A stretch of 64,000 nucleotides of DNA. Origin: Okamejei kenojei (taxonomy: Eukaryota). The position numbers and the translations under genes are program-made. Every line of letters starts with the position of its first letter. Positions within the stretch are counted from its first letter, which is position 1. Positions 49,100 through 63,574 of the stretch are shown here, piece after piece. The notes below the pieces were generated by a model, which was not told the DNA's origin, did not search any database, and worked only from the letters and a program-made list of their open reading frames with translations. Location of the stretch: NCBI GenBank assembly GCA_035221665.1, contig CM069144.1, positions 28,706,001-28,770,000 of the forward strand, given 5' to 3'.

Positions 49100-49759
49100 C
49101 TGAAACACAAACCCAAGCAATGCTAAACAAAGACAAATTTCTAAATAGTTGTAAATAATATCTGTAAATAACATCACAAACTTTCAGTACCCAATAGGTA
49201 CCTCACTTTGCACTATCCCACGGGACTCGTTCATTATAGTGCTCTTGATCCTGGAGTCCAAACATGTGCCACACAGTACATCTACTCACTCTTCAAACTT
49301 CTGTGCTGGAAACCTAGTGTGAAACTGTGTCTTCCGCAGGCACTTTCCACAGGAGGGAAATAGTGATCCCATTGCCTTGTGGCACACTGTACCACTGAGA
49401 CAAGGTGAAGAGACTGTTTGCGAAGTCTGATGCTGGGAGTGTGGGACAAGAGACGTGCTCGCTCACTGTTGAGACATAGAACTCAGCAGACACGGAGTTC
49501 TCGGCTAGTGACAATATAGTGACCATAAGAAATCTCAGAGGCTTGGTAGAACTTGCAGTCAAATAAAGAATGGAGGAAACAACAACATCCATCACATTCA
49601 ACTGGGGGAGATGAGAGGGCGAGAGGATCTGGGTCTATCAATGGACAGGGCATTTGCCGCTAGTCCCAGTGATAGCCCTCAATTACCAGCTGGGCAGTGT
49701 GTAGCCCTAAGCCCAATATCTCAGCCTCAAGTACAGAATGGCTGCACAGGGTTTGTTTA

Positions 49760-50635
49760 TTATGTATAATTAAAATATTAAAATGACTTGAACATAAATG
49801 TAGACAGGTTGGCTAGAAAGTTGACACTAAGGTTACTGGAGTTGTGAACAATGAGGAAGACTATCAAAGTATACGTGGGATATAGATTAGCTTCAAAATT
49901 GGATGGAGAAATGGCAGATGGAGCTTAATCTGGGAGGTCGAAAGCAAGGGGAAAATCTACAGTTAATGGTATTACCCTTAACGGCGGTGATGTATAGAGG
50001 GATCTTGGGGTTCAAGTCCATAACTCCCTGAAAGTGGCAATACAAGTAGATAGAATGGTCATGCGTTGGAGCGTTTAGTATAAGCATCAGGAAATCATGA
50101 TGCAACTTTCTCGGACTTTAGTTAGGTGCATTTGGCGTATTGTATACAGTTCTGGTTACCCATTTTAGGATGAATGTAGAGGCTTTGGAAAGGGTGCAGA
50201 GGAAGTTTAACAGAATGATGCCTGGATTAGGGAACAACTTTATATATTTCTGGGCCTCAACACTTAAGAAAAAAATCATCCTGATATTCGGCTCAATTTT
50301 ATACAGTACTGATGAAAATAATTGCCTTGATTTTCTAGCTCAGCCCTCTCTTTGTTTTTGATTTGTTGGGGATTTGAGCCTTTCACGACAGTGAACAATT
50401 TGTTAGATCAATTCAGCTTGTACGTTCTACCTTTGACCACGTGGGTTTTCTCCGGGTGCTCTGGTTTCCTCCCACACCCCAAAGATAATTGGGTTATCTA
50501 TGTGGATAATGCGGGTAATTGGGTTCTGAAAATTGTCCCCAGTGTGTTGGATAGTGCTCGTGCATGGGGTGATCGCTGGTCAGCGCGGACTTGGTGGCCC
50601 AAAGAGCCTGTTTCCACACTGTATCTCTAAAGTAT
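49760..50635 (+). mobile_element. Old CR1 fragment (~49760-50230) and an HE1-like SINE part (~50415-50635)
   Basis: ALERVQRKFNRMMPGL; SINE core and tail. Confidence 0.7.
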
Positions 50636-50693
50636 AGTTGCATCCACGTCCTAACCGTGAACAAGTTATTACTTGGTCATATGGCCGGCTCAC

Positions 50694-50901
50694 CTGGCTC
50701 ATTGTCTATCTGTGTCAGAATATCTTCCATTGAATCCTCTTCAACAGCAGCTGCAGCAATCTCTGGGTCAGGGGGAGTGTACCCACGCTGTCGGCACCAG
50801 TGCACAATCTGTTTAGTCTTCATGACTTCTGTGCTGCTAAACCGCGAACATTTCTCCATCACTTCCTGCAGGATCTTTCTCACAGCTACTGCACGCTGCC
50901 A
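50694..50901 (-). CDS. YEATS2: YEATS2 coding exon (208 nt)
   Basis: tcgcag/gtgagc. Encodes WQRAVAVRKILQEVMEK..KTKQIVHWCRQRGYTPPDPE..SMEDILTQIDNEP. Confidence 0.95.
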
Positions 50902-51261
50902 CTGCGAGAGAAATGGGGATAGATAAAACAAGAGGTTCCTTTCTTTACCACATAGCCCTTAAAGCTAGAAAATAAGTGAAAGAACAGCAAAGCAATGACA
51001 TTATCCTCAGAAGTAGTTCATCAAAAGGACCATATGGCATAGTAGCAGATTCAGGCAATTCAGCCCATCGAGTTTGCTCCACCAAAAAGAAAATTGTCTA
51101 CTGTGTGTCGTATTGTTACTTGCGAGCAAAGCACCAAGGCAAATTCCTTGTATATATATACACTTGGCTAATAAAATGTATTCAATTCAATTCAATAGTT
51201 GATCTATTTTTCTTTTTCATCCCCATTCTCCCGCCTTCACCCCATGAGCTTTGATGTCCTA

Positions 51262-51989
51262 AAGGGCCTGTCCCACTGACACAACTTTTCAGTGACTGTC
51301 TTCGACCTTCAAGCTCGAGGGCACTCACCTGAAAAACCCCGAGCTGGATCGACCGTCAGCGATGAAACCGCAAGCCGGATCGACCGTCTGCACATACACA
51401 CACAAACACATAGCAAAGTCGGAGGCCAGGGAAAGCGGGGGAGCGCTGTCTGAAATTCACACCCGCGATGAACAGGAAGGTAAAAGACAGCTGGCACAGT
51501 TACAGTAAGTTCTTCAGAGAGCGCGGAGATGGGGGTGGGGGGAAGAGAAGGGGGAGAGAAGGGGGGGAGAAGGAGTGGAGACACTTTTAAGAAGCCAGAC
51601 AGCTTTTAATAAAGTTTAGCGGGCATTTAACATTACCGTGCAGTTTACTTAACTTTTTTTTCTCAACGAGCTTTACCTTCGACTACCTTCGATTGCCTTT
51701 GATTACCTAGGATAGCATTACGTCTTACTACGACCTACCTCGACTAAACCTACAAGTAAAAAAATATTGATATTTCCATGGCAACCTTTTGTTACTCACG
51801 GGCATTTTTCAGCATGTTGAGAAAAGCGCCGCGACCTAGCTGAGGCCTCGTGTACGCGGGACTACTCTCGAGCATGAAGGAGAGTTACAAAGACCTCCTA
51901 GGACCTCGTGACGACCATATTGCAAGTATGAGTCGAGGGCAAACTCTTCTAAACTCGCGAATTAGGTCGCCGCAGTGGGACAGGCCCTT
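51262..51989. mobile_element. Harbinger-like non-autonomous DNA transposon, inserted in a CR1 tail
   Basis: TIR AAGGGCCTGTCCCACTG / CAGTGGGACAGGCCCTT, flanked by TA (or TWA). CR1 sequence continues on both sides (~51200-52860, minus strand). Confidence 0.85.
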
Positions 51990-53292
51990 TAGTAATTAAG
52001 ACCTATCAATCTCCACCTTAAAATAACCCAACAGTTTGACCTCCACGGCCATCTGTGGTAATGTATTCCACATTCACCACCAACTGGGTAAAGAAATTAT
52101 TCCTGATCAGCATTTTACGTCCTTTTATTCTAATGCTGTGTCCTCTGGTGCTAGACTCCCATTGGGAGTCAACGAGTTTCAATGCGATCCCCCTCCCTAA
52201 TCCTTCTAAAGCTCCAACGGGTACAGGCCCAGAGCCTTCAAACGTTCCTCATATGTTGACCTATTGTTTGTTTGTTTTTTGTTGTTTCTTTTTTGAGTAT
52301 GTGTGTATGTGTGTGTACTTGTGAGTATGTGTATATATACACACACATACTGAACTTTTTTTTCTCTCGTTTATCATATTGTTACATTTATTACAATGTA
52401 CTATGTTTACATATTCTGTTGTGTTGCAGCAAGTAAGAATGTAATTGTTCTATCTGGGACATATGACAATAAAACTCTCTTGACTCTTGACCCAATATTC
52501 CCTGGGAGCATTCTCAAAAACTCCACTTGACCCTCTCCAAAGCCAGCACATCCTTGCACAGATATGGGGCCCAAAACAGCTCACAATATTCCAAACGTGG
52601 CCTGATAAAGCTTTTAATTACATTCTTGCTTTTATATATTAGTGCCCTCAAAATAAATGTTAGTATTGCATTTGGCTTCCTTACTGCTTCTGAACCTGTA
52701 AATTAACCTTTTGGGAATCTTGTAACAGCACTCCCAAGTCCCTTTCCAGCAATTTCTGAATTTAGAAAGTAGTCCCCATTTAGAAAGTAGTGGTGGCCTT
52801 TATATCCTTTTACAAATGTGCATGACCGTATATTTTGCTACACTGTATTCCATTTACCAATTCAACACTGTGTGCTTTGCTCAAGATTCCAACATCGGCT
52901 GTTGCTTGTATCTCCACTAAACAAGGGCTAATTGTTTGTTCAATACACTGCAAGCTAGTTTCATAGCAGCAATGGAAGATAACACAGGACAAGTAAACTC
53001 TCTGCTCCTCCCCTATTTCTCAAGCTCATTTTTGCTGGACATGTTATATGGGTAACCTGCTGATTCATATTGCACTTCTTCACAGTCTATCCCCGTGTCA
53101 TATTTGATCAGGGGATTTCCAATAGTGAAATCATCTCATGCTTACAAACATCTATGGTCATTTTCATCATGAATCAATGAACAGCAGGCAGGAGTGGGTC
53201 CTGTTGATCTGCCTCTCCATTCACCTTCCTCAAGCCAAATATAATGGAATCAAAATTGAGCTGGGCTCAAGAACACAGGCTGGTGGCCTTAC

Positions 53293-53372
53293 CTCTGCAG
53301 CTCTCCTCTTCCCAATATTCCAACCATAGTACTGTTCCAGAGAGGCGGCACAGAATGGATGAGAGTCCTCAG
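53293..53372 (-). CDS. YEATS2: YEATS2 coding exon (80 nt)
   Basis: caatag/gtaagg. EDSHPFCAASLEQYYGWNIGKRRAAE contains the conserved EQYYGWNIGKRRAAE motif. Confidence 0.95.
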
Positions 53373-54380
53373 CTATTGGAGAAAATTAATTGATCAGTAC
53401 CTGTTGTATAACGTCCACTGGCTGCCACTCATATATTCTATGGATATTAAATAATACAGGGATACAAACTGATGGGACATCAGACCCAATACATAACATA
53501 TCAAACCAATCACGAAACCATAAACAAAGTTATGAAATAAATTAAATGATCAGAGTACTAAAATGACTGGTCAATTAACCACACTGTATGACTTTCAGTT
53601 TAATTTGCACCATTTGTACTTTTTTGACACGATTGTGTTCATATACAGTATGATTTGATAGCTTTCAAACAAGTTTTTTCACTGTATCTCGACACATGCA
53701 ACAGTAATAAACCAATATCGATGATTCACCTCTAATTATTGGGCTGACAGTTGTTCCCCATCAATAATTGTCTTGGGAAGACACTGGAAAGAATTCTCAA
53801 ATTGCCACAAGTCCACATGTGACAGATTGATACACAGAGCGACTCATTATGACACCTCAAAAGCAAATGGTCTATTATGTTGGGTCTAGAATGAGTCTGG
53901 GAGAGGATGGCAGTTTCCCATCTTAAACCAGTTGTCCTTAATTCACATTCTAGTAGTTTCATGACCACTTTTCTTATTTTACATTTTCAAGCTGCTAAAA
54001 TGAAATTTAGAAGGTAATTCCTAGATTATTACCAACCCGAATTACTCCCTTTATGCTATCTGAATGATACAATTCCTTCAAAGTTGAGTACATAATTTAT
54101 CCAGATGCAGGGTAGTACTGCAGAAGTCTTTGGATAAAATGTTAAACTGAGAGTCCTCTCACTTCTCTCACATGAGCACAAAAAATACTCTGATGCCGCT
54201 CGAAGAGGCAGTTCTTTCCCTAATTTATTTCATACATAAATTATTTCATACATAAATTGTCTGATGTCAATAGTTCAGTAGAAATCTAACCTTATTGAAA
54301 TTAAAACAAAACTGCAAATGATAAAAATCTGAAATAAAAAAAGAAAATATTGGCAACACTCAAAAGGTCAGGCAGGATCT

Positions 54381-57310
54381 CAAACACTGTATAAACAAGT
54401 TTATACTCAACAGCCACTCCCGGAAACTTTAAATGAATCTACAATAATACTTATACCTAAAACTGATAAGGATCTAGAAGACCCGGCCTCATATAGAGCA
54501 ATAGCTCTATTAAATACCGATCAGAAAATATTAACTAAAATCCTATCTTATAGATTGAGCTTAGTAATTAACAAATTAATACACTCTGATCAAACAGGTT
54601 TTATCCCAAAACGTCACTCATTTTATAATCTTAGACGATTGTTTAATATTATATATTCAAATAGAATTGCTAATGCAGACCTAGCAATTATATCGCTAGA
54701 TGCTGAAAAAGCCTTCGATCAAGTAGTATGGCCATATTTATTTTCAGTGATGGAAAAATTTCAATTGGGAGAGAAGTACTGTGCATGGGTTAAACTATTA
54801 TACTCTAACCCAACAGCTAGAATACTAACAAATCAAATGTTATCACCTAAATTTAATCTTTCCAGAGGTTGTAAACAAGGATGTTCCTTATCTCCATTAT
54901 TATTCGCTTTAGCAATTGAACTACTACTTGAACAATACGTTTTTCCCATTGAGGGTAGGGAAGATTCAAACAAGAGGGCATGACATGAGAATTAAGGGAC
55001 AGAGGTTTCGGGGTAACGTGAGGGGGAACTTCTTTACTCAGAGGGTGGTGGCTGTGTGGAATCATCTTCCAGCAGAAGTGGTGGAGGCAGGATCGATTTT
55101 AACATTTAAGAGAAAAGTGGATAGGTATATGGACGTGAAGGGAATGGAGGGGTATGGTCTGAGTGCAGGTAGATGGGACTAGGGGAAAACAAATGGTCGG
55201 CACGGACTGGAAGGGCCGAGAGGGCCTGTTTCCGTGCTGTAATTGTTATATGGTTATATTATATGGTTACTCGCAGAAAATGTCAGATCGAATCCAGAAA
55301 TACATGGGTACAATACTAAAGATACAATGAATAAAATGTCCCCATATGCAGATGATGTACTAATATATATTACAAAGCCAGAAATTAGTATTCCAAATTT
55401 ATTAAATCTAATAACTCAATTTGGTTAGTTCTCCGGGTATAGAATTAATGGGAATAAAAGCGAAATCATGCCAATAACGGATCACAATTTACATATACTA
55501 CAACAATCACCTTTTAAAATAGTTGAAGAAAAATTTAAATATCTAGGTATTTATGCTAACTAAGGCGTATAGTTCTTTATTTAAATCAAATTTCCCACCT
55601 TTACTGAATAAACTAAATAAGAATATTCAATACTGGAAAACTGGAATTAATGCTATAAAAATGATTTTTCTGCCGCAATTACTGTACTTATTTCAGTCAA
55701 TCCCGATATACATTCCAAAATCTTTCTTTTTTAAAGTAGACTCTACTGTTACAAGTTTCATCTGGGATTACAAGAATTATAGAATAAATAAAAAACATTT
55801 ATGTAAATCAAAGATTAATGGAGGTTTAGCTCTACCAAATTTTTTGTTTTATTTTTGGGCAGTTTATATTAAAAACATGAATATTTGGCTGGAAGAAATG
55901 GATCAACAACCAGATTGGTTAAGGATGGAAAAGGAGGATTGTCTACCTTTTGAAATTGGTTCGATTATATTTGCACCGACAAAATTGCACAAAAAAACAT
56001 ACAGGGAGAACCCTATAATATATAGGGTACACAAATCTGGAAACAACTTAAAAAGGCTTTAAAACGGGATAATATACCACTCTGTCTCCCTATTGTAAAC
56101 AATCCCTTATTCAAACCTTCCATGCTGGATAAAGGCATTATACAATGGAAAAACTATGGAATCAAAAAGATGGAACACCTTTATAAGAAAGGCACTTATC
56201 TTTCATTTCAGGAACTGCAACAGATTTATGGATTACACTCAAATATTTTTTTTCAATATCTACAACTCAGAGATTATGTTAAATCAAATACACAAGATTA
56301 TAGGAATAAGGAACCAGAAATCCTTGATGAATGTCTGAATAAGCATCCTAATACAGAAAAATTAACAACTTATATTTACAATATCCTTTTAGATAGCAAG
56401 ATACCATCGACGGAATCATATGGACATACATGGGAAAATGAAATAAATCAATCCATAACAAAAGATATATGGGACAAAAGTTTACAATATATACATCAAT
56501 GCTCGCTAAACTCCAGACATGCTTTAATACAATTTAAAGTATTACATAGATTACATTACTCCAAAGTTAAATTAAATAGAATCCACAGATATCCTCTACC
56601 AGCGATAAATGTCAACATCCAGAGGCTAATTTAACACATACTTTTGCAAATTGTATAAAAATTAAGAATTTCTGGATTGAGATTTTTAGAATAACTTCTG
56701 AAGTTATTAATACTAAACTGGATCCGGACCCAAAATTAATAATACTTGGAACATCAGAACAAAGTTTAACTCTTACAACAAGTCAAAGAAATTTCCTAGA
56801 TTACAGTATAATAATTGGGAAGAAATTAATATTAAAATTTTGGAAAGGCCCTATATCCCCCACAACTAAAATGTGGATTACGGAAATGTCGGAGACCCTA
56901 CACCTGGAAAGAATCAGATTTGCCCTAATGGACAAACAAGAAGTTTTTGTTAGAATATGGTCTTCTTTCATTGATTACTTAAAAGGGTAGAATGGTTCGG
57001 CAGGGAACCCTAACTGAAAGTTGGACTCAGGATTAGATGAAAAGTTATATTTTATATTCCTTGATCTTATCTCCTATGATGTATTAATAGTAAATTATTC
57101 CATTCTTTATGATATTCTTTTTTGATGTTGATTTTTATTTTATTTTTCTTTCTGTTTTCCTCGCTTTAAAAAAAAATTATTAGTCAAAATGGTTCACTTG
57201 ACAATATTAATAATGTATGACCGTTGTACATGAAATATTGCTATCATAACATGTGTTTGCTAAGTCACTGTCTACATACTCTAATAAAAATATATATTTA
57301 AAAAAAAACA
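54381..57310 (+). mobile_element. Second 5'-truncated L1/Tx1-clade LINE, antisense in a YEATS2 intron
   Basis: Colinear homologue of 22780-25521 (LDAEKAFD, QGCSLSP, YADD, HRLHYSK), with AATAAA and an A tail. Stops and frameshifts. Confidence 0.92.
54926..55267 (+). mobile_element. Young CR1 3' fragment nested in the L1 RT
   Basis: TRGHDMRIKG..FFTQRVVAVWNHLP; (TTATATGG)n tail. The L1 frame resumes as LAENVRSNPEI. Confidence 0.88.
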
Positions 57311-57434
57311 AAAACTGAAAGTGTAACTTTGTTCATCTTCATATAGATTCTGCCCATTTCCAGGGTTTGTGAAACAACAACACTAAATTCAATATCAAAA
57401 AAATAATTGACATGAAAATGAAAGCTTTACTCAC

Positions 57435-57511
57435 TTTTCTTGGGCATGATCAGGGGCAACTTCTTCAGGATAGCTGAGAGTAACTGTTGCATATTCTCAA
57501 TGTATTCAAGG
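57435..57511 (-). CDS. YEATS2: YEATS2 coding exon (77 nt)
   Basis: ctttag/gtgagt. LEYIENMQQLLSAILKKLPLIMPKK resembles human HLETIQQLLTAVVKKIPLITAK. Confidence 0.9.
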
Positions 57512-58715
57512 CTAAAGACAGTAAGGAATAGTATTCTCATTAGGTTCTAGGTAGACAAAAATGCTGGAGAAACTCAGCGGGTGAGGCAGCATCTATGGAG
57601 CGAAGGAAATAGGTCGTCTAGGCCCAGAAACCAAAGCTTCAGAATAAAAGGACATGCCTTTAGAAATGAGATGAGAAGGAATTTCTTCAGTCAGAGTGTG
57701 TTGAATCTGTGGAATTTATTCATCAACTGATATTTCTAAGGTGGAGATTGATAGATTTTTGATTAGTAATTAGCTATTCCTTCGCTTGAAAGATGTTGCC
57801 TCACCCACTGAGTTTATCCAGCATTTTTGTCTACCTTCGATTTTCCGGCATCTGCAGTTCCTTCTTAAACAACTCATTAGGTTCTCTATCTCTATTAAAA
57901 GTTAATCTCAGTTGAGACCTAAAAGTGCAGACATAGACTCTGACAATGGTCTGAAATGACAGTAAAAAAGGCTGCATTATGAAAGGTGGATGTCAACTGT
58001 CATCTCCCAGGAGAGGTTTTGAATAGTGCTGACATTAATAATGAAACACATAAAATAATCAGCAGGATATTTTTATCTCTTGCCTTTCTTCCATTTCTCT
58101 TTTGCTTTTCCCGGAGACTGCCTGGCCTGCAGCATGTCATCTATCTTACCCATGTGACTGTTCGGTGAGGTTCAGCAATGGTTGCTGGAAAGCCATTTCA
58201 CAGTGTTGGGCTTTGCATTTATTTTCCCAAAATTCAAAAGGTACACATTTTCCTTGGGTGACCAAAGAAAAATGACTATGATTCCAATTCTTCAGAAATC
58301 GATTTCAAATATAGCTAAGTTCACTCTTTACAGGCCAAAGTGTGCTTTATCTGTGCGAGACTGAAGACCAATAGATAGAGCTTCCATCTTGCATCTATCA
58401 ACGGTGAGTTTGGTGTGTAGTATGGTCTGGATAGAGTGAATGTGAGGATGTTACCACTAGTGGGAGAGTCTAGGCCCAGAAACCATAGCCTCAGAATAAC
58501 AGGACATGCATTTAGAAACAAGATGAGAAGGAATTTCAACCATGATATATCAACCATGATTGAATGGTGGAGTAGGCTTGATGGGCCGAATGGCCTTATT
58601 CTGCTCCCAGAACGTATGAACTTATTGCAGCACTATGTCCAACACATGCGGTACTTGATTGTTAAAACTAGGAGGCATCCATTGCCTTAATATCAAAATA
58701 GGTTCCTGGACTCAC

Positions 58716-58824
58716 TCAATCATTTCAGATGCCCCATGCAATCCTGCTCGTTCCACTTTCACGGTGCCAGCTGTGCAGAGTGTGGGGCCAAAGCAAGTCC
58801 CTGAAGAACCAGGTTCTGTCTTCA
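58716..58824 (-). CDS. YEATS2: YEATS2 coding exon (109 nt)
   Basis: tttcag acceptor and gtgagt donor. Encodes (V)KTEPGSSGTCFGPTLCTAGTVKVERAGLHGASEMI(D), matching the recalled VKTEP..VKTE region. Phase fits the next exon. Confidence 0.8.
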
Positions 58825-59214
58825 CTGAAAAAAATGGCAGAATGACAATCAAACGTTACTCTGTCTGGCCATCAGTAACCGAACCGACCAAGGCAGATAA
58901 ATTGGCCTACTTTTGTTGTTTTTCTTTGCATTTATGCCAAATCTCTAATGTACAAGATAATAACACAACAAACATTAAATACTCAAAGTGCTGGAGTAAC
59001 TATGTGGATCAGACAGCATCTCTGGAGAACATGGATAGGTGACATTTTGTGTCAGGACTGTTCTTCAGTGCTTTAATACTTTCTTAAATACTTTCTCAAT
59101 GCATCACTGTCTTCTGATTGCTTTGGTGTGATTCTTAAAGGAACCCATGAACATGGCTCAGAAAAAAATATTTCATAATTTTTCGCCACAAGACCAATAA
59201 TCTTAAAGTCGACG

Positions 59215-59835
59215 GCATAGAAACATAGAAAATAAGAGTAGGCCATTCGGCCCTTTTAGCCAAAGTGTGCTTTATCTGTGCGAGACTGTATGGCTGATTG
59301 GATGATCATGGCTGGTCATCCAAAATTATACCCCATTCTTGCCTTCTCCCGATATCCCTTGATTCTGTTAGCCCTAAGAGCTCTATCTAACTATCTCTTG
59401 AAAACATCCAGTGAATTGGCCTCCACTGACTTCTGTGGCAGAGAATTCCACAGATTCACAACTCTCTGGATGAAAATGTTTTTCCACATTTCAGTCCTAA
59501 ATTTCACCCCTTATTCTTTACCCAGCTTCTGCAGCTATCATTTTTGCTGAAAACTCATCGGATGGAACAGCACCTCATATTTCGCTTGGGTAGCTTACAC
59601 CCCAGCGGTATGAACATTGAGTTATCTAACTTCAAGTAGCCCTTGCTTTCCATCTCTCTCCATCCCATCCTCCTTCCCAGTTCTCCCACCAGTCTTACTG
59701 TCTCTGACTACATTTTGTACCGCCCACTCCCCTGACATCAGTCTTAAGAAGGGTTGCGATCCGAAATGTCACTCATTCCTTCTCTCCAGAGATGCTTCCT
59801 GTCCCGCTGAGTTACTCCAGTATTTTGCGTCTACC
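59215..59835. mobile_element. CR1 3' end (-, ~59215-59520) followed by a Penelope 3' fragment (+, ~59540-59835)
   Basis: catagaaacatagaaa tail; MEQHLIFRLGSLHPSGMNIE plus a terminal arm. Confidence 0.75.
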
Positions 59836-61789
59836 ATTGTTGCTGAAAACCTTCATACCAACAACTGTTAGAGTGAATCTCTTTTGCACTCCCTTAAGGG
59901 CATCAACATCGTTTCTGACCTATGTTGACTTGAACTGCAGGCAATACTCTAGTTGTGACCCAACCAGTGTTTTATAAAGACTTACATAATCTATTCGCCT
60001 TAAGCATAAACACCCTTTTTAATATCGCCTCATCATCAATCTGCATATTACTCATTATCACTACCGCCACGTTCAGAGACGGACATCAAGTGCTGCTGGA
60101 AACCAATCAACTTCTGCCTGTACAGCGAGATGTCTGTCAGGGAATGTTACCAACTAGCCCATTCCACACTGCAGGAGCATGTGCTGAGAGACTCACTGAA
60201 GCTTGGTGCAGCCAACCGCAAAGCTCTGTAGGGCAGGACCCACAAACCAGGGTCCTTCCGCTGCTGGACATTGAGGGGCAGAGTCTGGTGGGGGACAACT
60301 CCTCAACCTAGAGAAGGGCTATCACCCCAGGGGGGCACATGAATGGCAAGGGTTTTTGTTTTGCTTAAAAATAGATGTGAACAGATCCAAGTAGGACACT
60401 AATGAATGCATAGATACTGAAAATGTCTGAAGATATTTTGCACAGTTTTTGCTTTATATATTTTTTATTCGGCATAAAGTTTCTGATTTTTTTTTAATTA
60501 CAAAAAGATATTGGCACCATTGCCTTACTTGGAAAAGCTGATTACAGTTATACGTCTCTACATGCATTCATAAATCACCCTACCCAGTAGGTCCACAAAG
60601 TTACCTATCTATTTTGCCAGTATTTCTCTCCTCTCTTCTGAAATTACTACTTATCTGCTCCCTTCAGTTTCTCACCAGGTGACTACTATTGAAAAGTAAG
60701 CCTGAGACTGGGAAAACATAAGCACAGCCACTAAAGTAAAGAACCGCTGATGTTGGTTTCGGGCAAGAAGATAAAGAAGCCAAGTGAAAGGATTTGCAAG
60801 AATCAGGAACACATGAAATTCCTTGCAAATAATTTCCGCATTCTCGTAATTTATGAATACCACTGATCCAATATATAAATTAAAAATTGTGAACGGTTGC
60901 TAAGATACTGAGTCTAAAGGGGTTATATTATTAGCATATGCTGCCATTAACTCCCTTGAGAATATTAAATGATGATCACAAATGTTTATAAAGTAGATAG
61001 TGAAATTACTCTCCACCACGGCAAGAGGCACCAACCAGAGACGAGAAGCAGAGATAGGCCATTCACAGGTAGAATCAGTAAATGGTTCTTCAAGTACAGG
61101 CTAATGGATATCCTAACCTCAGGAACTGAAACAAAGTTCAGGCTCCAGGTTGGATCAGTTTGCCTTAGTTAGATGTTTTTCTCAGGTAAGGCTTATGGAA
61201 TTAATTAAATTAAAATACAGATCAGCATGATCTAAGTTTAAAGCAAAGTGGACTCAGTGGGTTGAATGCTGTTCCAATGTTAACCTCCTCCTGAATTATG
61301 AACCGGTCGGTCAGTGGGCCTGCCCTGGCCTGACTCAAGTACAGTATTCTTTCAATCTGTTACACTCGCTAGAATGTCCATTATTTAAAATCAATTAACT
61401 GACAATGCAACGTTGCTGGCATACGGTGTTTCTCAACTGAGGAATGGCTTTGTAAATTACAGCTCCTGTTAGAAGGAACCAGCTGACGTACCAGTCATTA
61501 CAGCAGAATTACTTTCAGTCTTGCTCTATACCAGTCACTCTGGTCCAATCAAAACAACTTCATGTAGGACCCTGAACTATTACACTAACTCTGTGAGAGG
61601 AGGGTACCAAATGATGGCACTTAACTTCCAAGAGGAAGAAAGCAATGAGTGACAGTACTGACCCCCCAGTTGGAGAAAATAACCTAACTAAAGACATTTA
61701 CTCCCAGTGGGAGGAAACACATAGTGATGACCCCTTTTGCTGGAATTTATTTTAGTGATGCCACTGATTGGTGGATAAAGCATTGAGTG

Positions 61790-62720
61790 ATGCACTGACA
61801 TCAAAGGAGGAGATTGCTGGGGCTCCAATGCAGATTTTTCTATTTTTGTTAAGCATGGGTGAGGTAGCAGAAGACTGGAGATGGGCTAATGTTGTTCCCT
61901 TATTCAAAAAGCCAGGAAACTGCAGCCTCACAAGGCCGCTCCCTAAGAGCCGCCTTGCTTATATTGACTGATAAATTGCCTAATTTACCAATTTACAAAC
62001 CAAATTCCTCAGTTTTAAACTGTTTTGCCCATCTGACTCACTTAAACTTTCCTCTCACTCGAGCTAGAGCCAATCAGTGCTTTCTCCCGCTTCTCTTTGT
62101 TGCCGTTGCTTCAAAATCCACGGGAGCTCTGAGTTAAGTCTGCCTGTGCTTTGCCTCTCCTTTTCAACTGTTTTCCCCCTCTGACTCACTTCTAACTCTC
62201 CTCCCACTTGGGCTAGAGCCAATCAGTGCTTTCTCCTGCTTCTCTTTGTTGCTGTTGCTTCAAAATCCACGGGAGCTCTGATGGTTGTGAAAGGATACAA
62301 AGAAAAAACATTAGCTGAAAAATTGAGCGGAAGATGGAATTTAACCAATTACAAGTGTGATGTAATACTTATAGGACATATAAAGGAAATGGCAGGGACC
62401 TCGGGAGTGTTGTGATACTGAGGGACCTTGGGGTGCTAGTTCATTACTCGCTGAAATCAGTGACACAGATGGATAGAATAGTGAAAAAGGCCCTTATATG
62501 CCAAGGCATTGAGTATAAGAATTAGGATGTCGTTACAGCTGCACAAAACATTGGTCAGGGTGCACTTGGCACTATTGTATACAGCACTGGTTGCCACACT
62601 ACAAGAAGGATATAGGACGATTAGAAAACAATGCAAAAGAAACTCATTGAGATGTTGCCTAGAATGTAAGGGTTTACTTATGAGGAAATATGAGGAAAGG
62701 CTTGGACCATTTTACATGGA
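61790..62720 (+). mobile_element. Old CR1 fragments with an inserted segment containing a 70-bp direct repeat
   Basis: GEVAEDWRWANVVPLFKK; LQLHKTLVRVHL. Repeat at 62063-62132 and 62212-62281. Confidence 0.6.
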
Positions 62721-63574
62721 GTGAACGACACGACTCAGTAATTACCTCTGGTAAGACCAGGACTTATTACCCATCACTATCTCTTCCATTTGCTTCTGGA
62801 ATGTGCGCAATCCTGGTGATGAACTTACAACTACTGTGCTGTTACGTTGGGAAATTCCAGGTTTTAACTAAGTGACAATGTAGGACTGGTGATGTATTTC
62901 TACAACGGAATGATAGAGAACTTGTAAATAAATTTGCAGGCAATGGTGCTCCCACATTTTAACTAGCTCTATCCTGTTTAATCAAAGAGGTTGCAAATTT
63001 GTCAGCTGCTTTTGAAGAAGTGCTGATGGATTGCTATTGAGTACTTTGCAGATGGTACAACATGGAGGGAGCTGCTCGATGAGAAGGCGACCAATGGGTA
63101 GAATTGCAATGTGCAGACTTATCTCAAAAACATCAGACCCACCTCCCAAATTCTTGATTTACAACGAAGATAATGGAGAAACCACGACAGCTTGTCCATT
63201 GCAATTCAACATAAAATCAATACTTTTCTAGATTACAGCCAATACATCGCCACATTCTATTCTCTCACCAATTACACTATTTCCGCTACCCAACTGCTCT
63301 CTGTTCACTGCATCCTGATCTCAGAGGAACAGCTTAGCAAAATATCCCCATCACTTATTCATTTCCTAAGTGCTCAAGAATGACTTACAATATTTTTCTT
63401 GCTGGTTTGAACTCTGAGTGGCGTGATTTATATCAAGTGGGCCCAGGGGTTTTAAGCATCAGTCTCAACAGAAAACACTGTGAGACAATTCTATTAAAAA
63501 AAAAGTGATTTAACAAAGGAAAGTGACAACTTATTTTTCTTTTTTCCTCTGCTGGAAACGTTGCTCATAATTTC

